From: an uncultured virus (IMG/VR IMGVR_UViG_3300027708_002017)
Lineage: Duplodnaviria > Heunggongvirae > Uroviricota > Caudoviricetes
Virus record (IMG/VR): IMGVR_UViG_3300027708_002017
Reading direction: 5' to 3' (one strand)
DNA: 64,000 nt
A program made the position numbers and the translations under genes. Positions 29,809 to 38,710 of this stretch are shown here, in pieces (positions within the stretch are counted from its first letter, which is position 1; each line of letters opens with the position of its first letter). The notes beneath the pieces were generated by a model. That model was given only the letters and a program-made list of their open reading frames with translations. It had not been told where the DNA came from and did no database searches.

Positions 29809-30035
29809 TATAGTATGTCCGGTGTAAGTTTTTTAATTTGATCTCGATTTTTTGAAATAGTGTCAACCATATTGTGATAGTCGAGTTCGTCTAAGGCAGT
29901 TCGATAAATGCTTAAGGCCTGTGTCATCATAATAGCGGCTACAGCCATAGCACCATGTTGTTCCATCATCATGGAAGCAAATTCTAATTGCCTGTGGTAA
30001 AGTTCATCCATCTCTGGATCATTGTAATTTAACAT
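29808..30035 (-). CDS. hypothetical protein
   Basis: 75-aa ORF directly after an early promoter. Confidence 0.65.
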   Translation of the reverse strand: MLNYNDPEMDELYHRQLEFASMMMEQHGAMAVAAIMMTQALSIYRTALDELDYHNMVDTISKNRDQIKKLTPDIL

Positions 30036-30044
30036 ATAGTTTAT

Positions 30045-30083
30045 ATTGTACAGGTGAAAACAGGACTAGTCAATAGTCCTGTT
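30045..30083 (-). promoter_or_regulatory. sigma70 promoter with its -35 in a terminator hairpin loop
   Basis: TTGACT-17 bp-TACAAT; AACAGGACTA/TAGTCCTGTT stem at 30059-30083. Confidence 0.7.
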
Positions 30084-30099
30084 ACTCGAAGTGAGTGTA

Positions 30100-30519
30100 T
30101 TATTTTGGATGGAAATCGTATTCTGGAGGACTTAAATCAATAGAGGTCAACCCAAACGACAGTTCCTTTGGCTTGTCATCAGCTGACATCAACATACAAT
30201 TGGTGTCTACACGAAATATTTTGCGTGTAGTACCGTCAGTTTCTTCCACAGTGATAGCTCTAGTCCAACGACCGTGTTCAATAAGGATCCATTCGCCTAC
30301 TTTGATATCTTTTTGTTGCGGGCCAACAGCATATACTCGCCCCCAACGAGGTTTGATACCTTCAGTCTTACCATCATCGCTAGGTATGTAAATACCACCG
30401 GCACTAATTTGTTCGTCAAAACTCATGTCGGTAACAAACACGTTGTCACGTATGGGCAAAATTTTGCCTTGTACTGTGGGTTTAAATCCTACGTGGCCAA
30501 TACCTTTTGAATCCATCAT
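30100..30519 (-). CDS. GroES-like co-chaperonin
   Basis: PIRDNVFV, SAGGIYIP, GRVYAVGP, IKVGE. Confidence 0.88.
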   Translation of the reverse strand: MMDSKGIGHVGFKPTVQGKILPIRDNVFVTDMSFDEQISAGGIYIPSDDGKTEGIKPRWGRVYAVGPQQKDIKVGEWILIEHGRWTRAITVEETDGTTRKIFRVDTNCMLMSADDKPKELSFGLTSIDLSPPEYDFHPK

Positions 30520-30845
30520 TACTCTTTCCCTTCTGGATCTTGATCAGAAACATCTTTTTTAACAATAATAGTCGGTGCTACAGGTGGTACTGCAACAACT
30601 GGTGCGGGCGGTACTGCACGTATGTTGACTTGATCTGGAACTGGTGCTGGAGCATTGCTAGCGGCAATAATTTCTTCACGCTTGCGTACAATTTTTCCAC
30701 CTGCGCCTAATTCATCGCCACGGGCATTAACTCGCATGTTGCCAACAGCAGGTGTTGTTTCATTTAAGTTAATTAACTTATTCATATCAATTTCTTTACC
30801 TTGCATACTGCGGTAAACAGTTTTTGGTTGTTCTTTCATTGCCAT
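30519..30845 (-). CDS. hypothetical protein
   Basis: 108-aa ORF with strong AAGGAG SD. Confidence 0.75.
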   Translation of the reverse strand: MAMKEQPKTVYRSMQGKEIDMNKLINLNETTPAVGNMRVNARGDELGAGGKIVRKREEIIAASNAPAPVPDQVNIRAVPPAPVVAVPPVAPTIIVKKDVSDQDPEGKE

Positions 30846-30872
30846 ATTAATCTCCTTGGATTATAATAGTAC

Positions 30873-31376
30873 TTATCTCAGGAATTCACGCCAGTCTAAA
30901 TTATAGGCTAAACTATCTATTTTATGAACTCCTATCAAATATAACACATAACTTGCTACACTCGACCCTCTGCCTACACCCCATAGAATTTCTTTTTCTT
31001 CTAAAGTATCTACCAAATATTTAAGGTAGTACAATAAATCCATCATGCCGTGCGCTATAAATGCTTCTAATTCTTCGCTAACTCTGGTTGTTTGTTCTGG
31101 AGTAGTACACATTCCGTATAACATTTCTACTAGATTTGCACAGTAGTCCTTGGGCATAAACCAAAGTTGTTGACTGGCCCTGTCGTAATCTTGGATATTA
31201 TTGTGAGTTTCGTATGGCGTAACAAATCTAAAACCAATTTGTTCTTCTAGTTGTTTTACAGCATCAGTGCGTTCAACAATCATGGTGTCGTCCACATTAA
31301 ATTGATATCCATTATAAATGGCATCAAATAAATCGTGTTCTTCAAAGATTGGATTACTGTATTTGTCTAGGCGCAT
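30873..31376 (-). CDS. stand-alone fragment of DNA polymerase III alpha (DnaE)
   Basis: RVSEEL...YLVD...WGVGRGSSVASYVLYLIGVHKID...FLR. Confidence 0.8.
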   Translation of the reverse strand: MRLDKYSNPIFEEHDLFDAIYNGYQFNVDDTMIVERTDAVKQLEEQIGFRFVTPYETHNNIQDYDRASQQLWFMPKDYCANLVEMLYGMCTTPEQTTRVSEELEAFIAHGMMDLLYYLKYLVDTLEEKEILWGVGRGSSVASYVLYLIGVHKIDSLAYNLDWREFLR

Positions 31377-31385
31377 TTACCTAGT

Positions 31386-31616
31386 TTAACTGATATTGAT
31401 CAGTTTGTCAAGTCCTTTATCACGGCTAGACATCATTTTTTCATATTCGGCTTGACGTCGTTTGCTTGTTTCTGCTTTATAGGTATCCAGCAAAGTACTT
31501 ATTTGTTGTTGCACACCAAAATTATTAGTCAAAAAATACTTTCGAGTTAGATCATTGATTTTATTTTCTAACTCGGAATCTTTTAAAGCACTAAGATCGC
31601 CTGCCAATGGATGCAT
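31386..31616 (-). CDS. hypothetical small helical protein
   Basis: 76-aa coupled ORF. Confidence 0.7.
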   Translation of the reverse strand: MHPLAGDLSALKDSELENKINDLTRKYFLTNNFGVQQQISTLLDTYKAETSKRRQAEYEKMMSSRDKGLDKLINIS

Positions 31617-32731
31617 TAATGATACTCGCCTAAATATTTAATGTAAACATTAGTACCGGCGTCGTATGTCCATGCTTCAATCACTTTGATATTGTTACTA
31701 GTACTAGATGTTAATGTTGCAACCGCGGTAGCAGTTACTCCAGCAGTAGGCGCACTAATGGTAACAGTTGGAGCAACAGTAGTATAACCATCTCCTGCAG
31801 AAGTAAGATTAATAGATTTTATTCCGTTAGATACTGTAGCTTTTGCGTTGACACCCGATCCGCTAATTGCTGTTAAAGTATATGTACCTGGATATGGTCG
31901 ATTCAATGTACCACTGCTAACTACGGTAAATGCTGTGATTGCACCTGTACCTTGTGTAATTGTGGCTACTTGTAAAATAACATCGCTGTGTGCATCGATA
32001 GCCAATTGATCGCCAACTTGGAAACCTGTGCCACCAACTGATACAGTTGCACTAACGATTTGATATACAGCCGTTGCTGTAGGGCTAGTACCGCCTGACA
32101 ATACCGGGCTAGTAAAACTTATGGTTGCCGGTGTAGTGTATCCAGAATTAGGAGTACTATTAATGTTAGCATTGGTTACTTGAATACTGTCAACTCCTTC
32201 GCCTCCTACTGTAAATCCTAAAGTAGTAGTTCCTGGCAATGTTGGATAATCGGTAGCATAATGAATTGTGCCAGATCGTTCTGTACTAAAACTAACAGTT
32301 CTAACTCCAGCGCCGTCGCCAACTAAAATAATTTGTATTTTAGCCCATTGACCGGTAGTTGACGGCCAGTTCACAAATGTTAAGGTAGGATTTCCAGCCA
32401 GTTTAAATTTTTGTATAGGGCCACTGGTTAAATCTATATTTGCATTGGCACTGATACCTAACAAGCTACCGTCAAAATATACGCCGTAAAATTGACTATA
32501 CAATGCATTGTATATTGTACTGCCTAGCATGTTATTTTGTACAGTGGTAGTGCCTGTTGCTAAATCTGCTTTTAATATTGTATTAGATTGCAATGCTGTA
32601 ATTTCTGCTTTGGCAACACCTAGCCCAGCTGAAATAGCTGTAAAGTTATCTCTAAATCCCTGACTGTTGTTATCTTGTCCGGCAACTGGGTAAGTTGTGT
32701 TAATTGCACCGTAATTAATCTGACTGGTCAT
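31616..32731 (-). CDS. tail/baseplate structural protein
   Basis: YPVAGQDNNSQGFRDNF N-terminus, G/T-rich beta repeats (GxGYT...PTVTI). Confidence 0.65.
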   Translation of the reverse strand: MTSQINYGAINTTYPVAGQDNNSQGFRDNFTAISAGLGVAKAEITALQSNTILKADLATGTTTVQNNMLGSTIYNALYSQFYGVYFDGSLLGISANANIDLTSGPIQKFKLAGNPTLTFVNWPSTTGQWAKIQIILVGDGAGVRTVSFSTERSGTIHYATDYPTLPGTTTLGFTVGGEGVDSIQVTNANINSTPNSGYTTPATISFTSPVLSGGTSPTATAVYQIVSATVSVGGTGFQVGDQLAIDAHSDVILQVATITQGTGAITAFTVVSSGTLNRPYPGTYTLTAISGSGVNAKATVSNGIKSINLTSAGDGYTTVAPTVTISAPTAGVTATAVATLTSSTSNNIKVIEAWTYDAGTNVYIKYLGEYH

Positions 32732-35700
32732 ACTGTTATCCTATCGTTTTTGAATACTAGGTATTTATCGCTTGTGTAACCGGTGACAGAATCTATTATA
32801 TATCGGTCCACGGTGTAATCTAAATCTTTAAAATCAAACCCGCTATTTTCAATTAATAGCTTTATCCCTGCACTTTTACCCACTAAACAATAACAAATAG
32901 GAACGGCAAGCACAAATCCTATTTCTTGTTTAGTGCCCGGTTGAATACTGCGCATCCATAAAGGCAAATAATTGCGTTCTGTTAGGCCGGTTTGCCCAAT
33001 ACGATACTGCCAATTCGTTATACTACTGGGGAAAAACTTACTTACATTTGAATTGCTAATTTGATACCCTGTACTATCGGCAGTTACCACTTCTAATGGT
33101 CTACTGTTGCTAGGAGCATTTGCAGTCAAATCCGACAGATTTCTACTCCACAAATTTGGAACACTATCAATAGTTATGGTATCGGACTGATGTCCTCTAC
33201 TTTTTATAGATGTTGGCAAATGTAATCCGTTAGGTTCTAATGGGTCTAGCATTTTTAAATAAACAACTTCGTATACCGCTGTTGTAGTTCCCGGCAAGTA
33301 AGCTACAGCAGTTTCTACACTATTAAATATAAATCGTTTGCGTTTATGATTAAGCCCCATAGCTGAAGCAAGTTTTGCCGCACTATTGGTTTGGATTCCT
33401 GCATAGGCAACCATGCTAAGATTATATTGTAATCCAAAGTTTGGATCATTTGATCTGTAAATTGATTGTGGCGCAAACACTGTGGTGTTGTTCATAAAAC
33501 TCTTAAATGCAGTTCGTTGAGTATTATTCAAGTATGGCTGTACTCGTATGTTACTGTAGGCAATAGCGTTAGGTACATCTATGTTTACTGTAAATGTTCG
33601 AGATACCGCACTGTAACCAAATTGATCTCTAGCTTCTACAGTGAACGAATACGAACGATCAACAGTGGTAGCGGCTACATCGAATGTTAGATTGCCATGG
33701 TCAAAGCTGGTTAAGCCCAATATGTGGTTGGCTGGGTCGGGGAATTGTATAACTTTACCGATTATTTCGCCATCGGTGGTTAAAGTGAGCCCGTTAGGCA
33801 ACACTCCTTGAGTAACCGTATACAATACAACTGCATTTAAAATTGTTGTTGTAGCACTTACCCGTAGCGTAGAAATATAGTTTGCATGAATAGTTCCAAG
33901 ATTGCTTGGAGTGTTCCAGGTAATTACGCTGTCTATTTCGCCTATGATTGTTATAGTAAATGTTCTGCTTGAGCTAAGACTATCACCTTTATTACCCGGA
34001 CGAGTTGCAGTCAACGTAAATGTATAGATAGTAGTAATAGCTGGTTGGTACGGAACATTTCCGTATAATTGCGCAGTGTTTAAATCAAAACTCATACCAG
34101 GTGGTAGTGAGCATAGTGTGCCTATGTAAAATATAGTGCCGTCTGGAATATTCTGTAATAATGTAGACGAAATATATACTCTATAAACTCCGTTACCTAA
34201 ATTAATTACGTTGCTAATTCTATAAGTTTGTCCGGTCGCTCCAGGAATAATTCCTTCAAAACAAATATATTGTCCTATCGCAATATTGCCTTTAACATTG
34301 GTTACTGTAAGATGGTTACTACGAAACGAATTGTCAGTGTTGGATATATTAATACTGGTAGCACGGACTTCTCGATTAATCACTTCTTGATTATAATATA
34401 CATTATTATTATCGTACAATGCTACTGGAATAGTAAGATAGTTACTGGCTCTGAATATACCCAAGTTAGGATTAGATAACCACACTGGCTGACGCAAATA
34501 AGTGGCATCTGCGGTAAATCCTTGATTACCAACAAATCCATCCAAACTGGTGTTGTCAGCACGGAATGTATCATCACCTACTACAAATATTCTAAAAATT
34601 CTCTGAGCTATTTTGTAACCGTCTGTTACTGTTACTTTAAACTGGTAGTTGACGTTAAGACTGATAGGCTGACCGTCCGGTAAATTGTAATCATAAAACA
34701 CATCATCGTAAAAATATGTATCAAATCCGTTGGTAGACAGTGTGGCAAAGTCGTAGGCTACAGCGTCATAAGTAGATTCGTCGTAGGTGCCTTTTCCGTC
34801 CGCTGGTGTAATTTTAAGAGTAGGCTTTATGTATCCGGTAATCAATCCAGTGGAGTCCATACTTAGACCTGGAGGCAAAGAACCGTCTCCGGATGCTATG
34901 TAATAAGTTAAAATGTTTCCAAGGGCTTCGTCAAGATCAAATGCTTCTATTTTATAATTTACATAAGTTCTGTCAAGTGCGTACAGTTGTTGATGAATAC
35001 CTACCGGCAATGCTCCTGCGGCTGTGACAAATGTGGGAACATTAACAGCACGGGTAGTTATGCTGAATGTTCTATCAGCAATGCTTACACCATTAGAGGC
35101 TCTTATGCAAAATGTAAATGTAGTATCAGTGGCAACAATATAAGGATAGCCAATGATGTGTGAACCGGATATTTGTAATCCGCCAGGTAAAGCACCACTG
35201 ATTATATTATAAGTAAATGCCGCTGGATCCGTAGCGGGATAATTAACGCCTCCGGCAGTATCAGTTGTAATGTAATCAACACCATTTATAGCAGTAGGCA
35301 AATATAAATCAGAACGTTCAACAGCTACAAACGCATCGAGTTGCATGCGAACAGTATCAGTGTTTCTAAGTATAATTTTCGATAATGTTTGAGATTGCAA
35401 CCAGTCAAAGTCTCCAGGTGCCCATGGCTGGTTTTCCCAGTATAGCGCATCACCATCGCGTAGTCTTATCATCTGGCTTGATATGATATTTTGAAAAGTT
35501 TGTCCTACCATAGCACCGGGAACTGGAGTTTCGGCTAACCCTCCGACCCACAAATCAATATTATTAATATTAGTATATGCAGTTTGTAAAGCGGAAGCTA
35601 CTACGCTGTCTGTAGTTATTTGACTAAATGAAGTGTACGCCGATAATCCTAATGCTGTACGCATTTGATTTAAACTTGGTAATCCAGCATCACGTCCACG

Positions 35701-36924
35701 TTGTATATTAGTTGCGGCAAGATCCATTGCGGCAGGCGGATCATTTAATAAATTACGCAAGTCTTCAATGATATGTACATCTAATTTATTACTGATGTCG
35801 CTGGCTAATTTGCGTATAAACCCGTCAGCACCGCCATTACGTTCAAACTGTGCAGGTGTTAAAAAGAAAGCCTGAGCCAATGTCAAAGACTCTAAAATGT
35901 TACCCTGTTCGTCTACACGATCTTGCGCACCTGATACAATACTATGACCAAATCTCATTGCTGCCACAGCAAACTCTACAGTTACGCTGGCATCGATATT
36001 TGTTTTAAAACCTGTATATGCCGGAATAGTTGAAGCACCGACAATCTTTGGCAACCATTCTTTATATGTTATATTTTGAAATTCGGCAATAACTATGTTG
36101 CGAGCACGTTGATATAATTGTTCTCCAGTCCATGTTGGGTGTAGTACTTTTAATCTGTCTACATGCCAGTTATGTTCTCTGATGAATAGTGTTTGTATAG
36201 ACGTTAAATCTGGATTTTCTGTGCCTCGAGGATCTCCAAATACAAAACTATTATTAACAACAGGTGCATATTGTCCATTAGAGCTGGTAGACAATTTGCC
36301 AGTAGTTGCAGGTTGACCGCCTTCTCTTAAATTAATAGGATTTTGAAAAACAGTTGGACCTTGTGATACACCTGGAGGATAGGCAAGTCCATAAACAACA
36401 CTACAATCTATCCAGCCAGTGACATCATTTATTGGCAGTGCTGTATGACCAGCTATACCTGTTCCTGGGGCAATAGCACTACGATTAACTGGAATATGAC
36501 TTCCGGGAGTTAAATTAGTGTCACCTGCCGGCACAACAACATCTATGTTAGTACTACCAGGTCGAGCAAATTCTAAATCGTGTGTTAAAAATTGTCCAAA
36601 TGCATACATGAATCCGCTATATCCAGTAGGATCAGTTTCTTCACCTTCGTTGACTTGATCCCACACTACTAAATTACTAACAGTGCGAGCATTAGGCAAA
36701 TCATTACGCATTTGATAAATGCCGTCTACATAACTGTTTACAGCATTACGAATAAAAGGGGCACCGGCACTATTTCGTAAAGTAGCAACCGGATGATGTC
36801 CTTGCCCGGTATAACTGGGATTAGTTAATGCCCCGCCAATAGGTAAGGCAATATTTACTGATGTTTGTTCAGTAAAAGTGCCGAGACTTGCTCCCGACTG
36901 TTTTGTCCATACATCTAAAGCCAT
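32728..36924 (-). CDS. Ig-repeat structural protein (baseplate-like) with an inserted heme peroxidase domain
   Basis: Peroxidase motifs at about aa 45-535 followed by repeated GxLPxGL...FT Ig-like units. Confidence 0.85.
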   Translation of the reverse strand: MALDVWTKQSGASLGTFTEQTSVNIALPIGGALTNPSYTGQGHHPVATLRNSAGAPFIRNAVNSYVDGIYQMRNDLPNARTVSNLVVWDQVNEGEETDPTGYSGFMYAFGQFLTHDLEFARPGSTNIDVVVPAGDTNLTPGSHIPVNRSAIAPGTGIAGHTALPINDVTGWIDCSVVYGLAYPPGVSQGPTVFQNPINLREGGQPATTGKLSTSSNGQYAPVVNNSFVFGDPRGTENPDLTSIQTLFIREHNWHVDRLKVLHPTWTGEQLYQRARNIVIAEFQNITYKEWLPKIVGASTIPAYTGFKTNIDASVTVEFAVAAMRFGHSIVSGAQDRVDEQGNILESLTLAQAFFLTPAQFERNGGADGFIRKLASDISNKLDVHIIEDLRNLLNDPPAAMDLAATNIQRGRDAGLPSLNQMRTALGLSAYTSFSQITTDSVVASALQTAYTNINNIDLWVGGLAETPVPGAMVGQTFQNIISSQMIRLRDGDALYWENQPWAPGDFDWLQSQTLSKIILRNTDTVRMQLDAFVAVERSDLYLPTAINGVDYITTDTAGGVNYPATDPAAFTYNIISGALPGGLQISGSHIIGYPYIVATDTTFTFCIRASNGVSIADRTFSITTRAVNVPTFVTAAGALPVGIHQQLYALDRTYVNYKIEAFDLDEALGNILTYYIASGDGSLPPGLSMDSTGLITGYIKPTLKITPADGKGTYDESTYDAVAYDFATLSTNGFDTYFYDDVFYDYNLPDGQPISLNVNYQFKVTVTDGYKIAQRIFRIFVVGDDTFRADNTSLDGFVGNQGFTADATYLRQPVWLSNPNLGIFRASNYLTIPVALYDNNNVYYNQEVINREVRATSINISNTDNSFRSNHLTVTNVKGNIAIGQYICFEGIIPGATGQTYRISNVINLGNGVYRVYISSTLLQNIPDGTIFYIGTLCSLPPGMSFDLNTAQLYGNVPYQPAITTIYTFTLTATRPGNKGDSLSSSRTFTITIIGEIDSVITWNTPSNLGTIHANYISTLRVSATTTILNAVVLYTVTQGVLPNGLTLTTDGEIIGKVIQFPDPANHILGLTSFDHGNLTFDVAATTVDRSYSFTVEARDQFGYSAVSRTFTVNIDVPNAIAYSNIRVQPYLNNTQRTAFKSFMNNTTVFAPQSIYRSNDPNFGLQYNLSMVAYAGIQTNSAAKLASAMGLNHKRKRFIFNSVETAVAYLPGTTTAVYEVVYLKMLDPLEPNGLHLPTSIKSRGHQSDTITIDSVPNLWSRNLSDLTANAPSNSRPLEVVTADSTGYQISNSNVSKFFPSSITNWQYRIGQTGLTERNYLPLWMRSIQPGTKQEIGFVLAVPICYCLVGKSAGIKLLIENSGFDFKDLDYTVDRYIIDSVTGYTSDKYLVFKNDRITV

Positions 36925-37472
36925 TAGATAATTGTTCCAAAATTTACTTGTAGTTGGGGCTTAGGATCTACCAGCTGACCCATGTCAACAGTGTATCCTC
37001 TAAAATTAGTGTCAAGACCCGCCGGAGTTTGTATAGACCCCATGTCAACATTTACAGTACCTGATTCAATAATCATGCTGACTAAAAAAGACAAATTAGG
37101 AACATCAATTCCGCGTACTGTAGTTTGGGTATCGCCAGGCCCTACAATGTTATGCCCAGCTAGATTTAAATTAGCTGACAGTGTGGGAGCAAGATCGTTA
37201 GCCAGTCGTGTGTTAGCATGTAAGTTGACTGTGGTAGAAGTATTAGTAAACGTAACTGTACTGTCTGTACTAGTTAATGTTTTAAACTGTAAATTCACAC
37301 CATCACGTGAGGCATACACACCGGTGCCACTGCCCACGTTGGCGCCACCTAAAATGTTATATTCTAAATCTAGTGCGGCAAAATTATCGTTTACCTTGAG
37401 AAACGCAGTTCGCAGGTCATCGCCAGTGCCGTCGTTTGCGTAATTGCCCAAGTTAATCTGTAGTAGTGCCAT
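36924..37472 (-). CDS. baseplate/fibre protein with gp9/gp10-like N-terminus
   Basis: INLGNYANDGTGDDLRTAFLKVNDNF. Confidence 0.75.
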   Translation of the reverse strand: MALLQINLGNYANDGTGDDLRTAFLKVNDNFAALDLEYNILGGANVGSGTGVYASRDGVNLQFKTLTSTDSTVTFTNTSTTVNLHANTRLANDLAPTLSANLNLAGHNIVGPGDTQTTVRGIDVPNLSFLVSMIIESGTVNVDMGSIQTPAGLDTNFRGYTVDMGQLVDPKPQLQVNFGTII

Positions 37473-37501
37473 AGTCTGCTCCGTTTAGTATATTTACCGT
37501 A

Positions 37502-38710
37502 TTAGACTGCTGTGAATGTTGTTGTCAATGCTAATAAGGTAATTGCTGTTGATATCTTATTGCAAGTTCCGTATTGGAATACCGGACCAGTATATAATAC
37601 CACATTGCCTGCAACACCATTAATAGCACGATTGGTTGCTTGTGCGACTGGCACGTTGAATGTACATACACCAAACTGCATACTTGCTGTGCCACTCATT
37701 GTGACACCATACGTATTGGCCGCTGTACTAGTATTGTTTAGAATACAGTTGCCCATGCCAAATGCCACAGTTCCGCTCAGTGTAATAATTGCACCGGTAT
37801 CAGCATCGACTACGCTGTTTAATAGTGTGCCAGTTGAAGCATTGGCATAATTCAATACTTGACCAGTACCGTTGGTTTCAAGATTGTTAATTTTACAATA
37901 TCCATTTTGAACATCAATCAAATAAGTTGAACCGCTTGCTCTACTCACTGTGCAATCTGTCAACTCTAATTTGGTAGTTGCTCCGCTGTTGGTCATATAC
38001 ACACAACTGTATCCGCTGGTGTTTTGATAAACATAAACCCCCTCTAAGAAAACACGGGCTGGGTTAGTGCCATTCACAACAATACCATGAGCTCCTGTGG
38101 CAAGAACAGCCACGTTGAATAGGCCAAAGTCGTTTGTATTTTTATTAACAGCACCAGGAGTAATTGTAACAGTACCTGTGATCCAAATTGGCACATGGCC
38201 TGCATCCGGTGTTGCTCCAATAATGTAAATGTGCCCACGTGTCAGTGTTACGTCTTCTGTAGTTGAACCTGATAGCACAATAAATTGTGGGTTAAGAAAA
38301 ATAGTAGAAGTAGAAGTTGCATCAAAGTTGGTTAATGTTCCAGCTGTAATCCTTGCTTCGATACCAGCCAGTGCGGCAGTGATGCTTTTGTAAGGTTTTA
38401 ACAAACTGCCATCGGCTGTATAAGTGTCAGTTCTAGTTGGATCAACATTCCAAACGTTATCACTATTATTGGTCACAGGAGCAAACAAACTAACTCCATC
38501 TCGTTTAATATCACCAACAGTTGACGGCAATGTCAACACGCCGTCGGATCCTAAGGTCACGGTATAAGCACCATTTGTCAACTGTGTTTCATTTGCCGCG
38601 CCAGCATACAGCTCAGTGAAGTTTGCATTCACCTTTGTAAATGCCGTGCGCAACGGATCGCCGTTTTTGCTGTTGGCCGCTGTGCCGATATTGATAGTTT
38701 GTTTTGCCAT
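37502..38710 (-). CDS. tail spike/fibre with probable beta-helix
   Basis: INIGTAANSKNGDPLRTAFTKVNANF; ADGSLLKPYKSITAA followed by beta-rich repeats. Confidence 0.7.
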   Translation of the reverse strand: MAKQTINIGTAANSKNGDPLRTAFTKVNANFTELYAGAANETQLTNGAYTVTLGSDGVLTLPSTVGDIKRDGVSLFAPVTNNSDNVWNVDPTRTDTYTADGSLLKPYKSITAALAGIEARITAGTLTNFDATSTSTIFLNPQFIVLSGSTTEDVTLTRGHIYIIGATPDAGHVPIWITGTVTITPGAVNKNTNDFGLFNVAVLATGAHGIVVNGTNPARVFLEGVYVYQNTSGYSCVYMTNSGATTKLELTDCTVSRASGSTYLIDVQNGYCKINNLETNGTGQVLNYANASTGTLLNSVVDADTGAIITLSGTVAFGMGNCILNNTSTAANTYGVTMSGTASMQFGVCTFNVPVAQATNRAINGVAGNVVLYTGPVFQYGTCNKISTAITLLALTTTFTAV

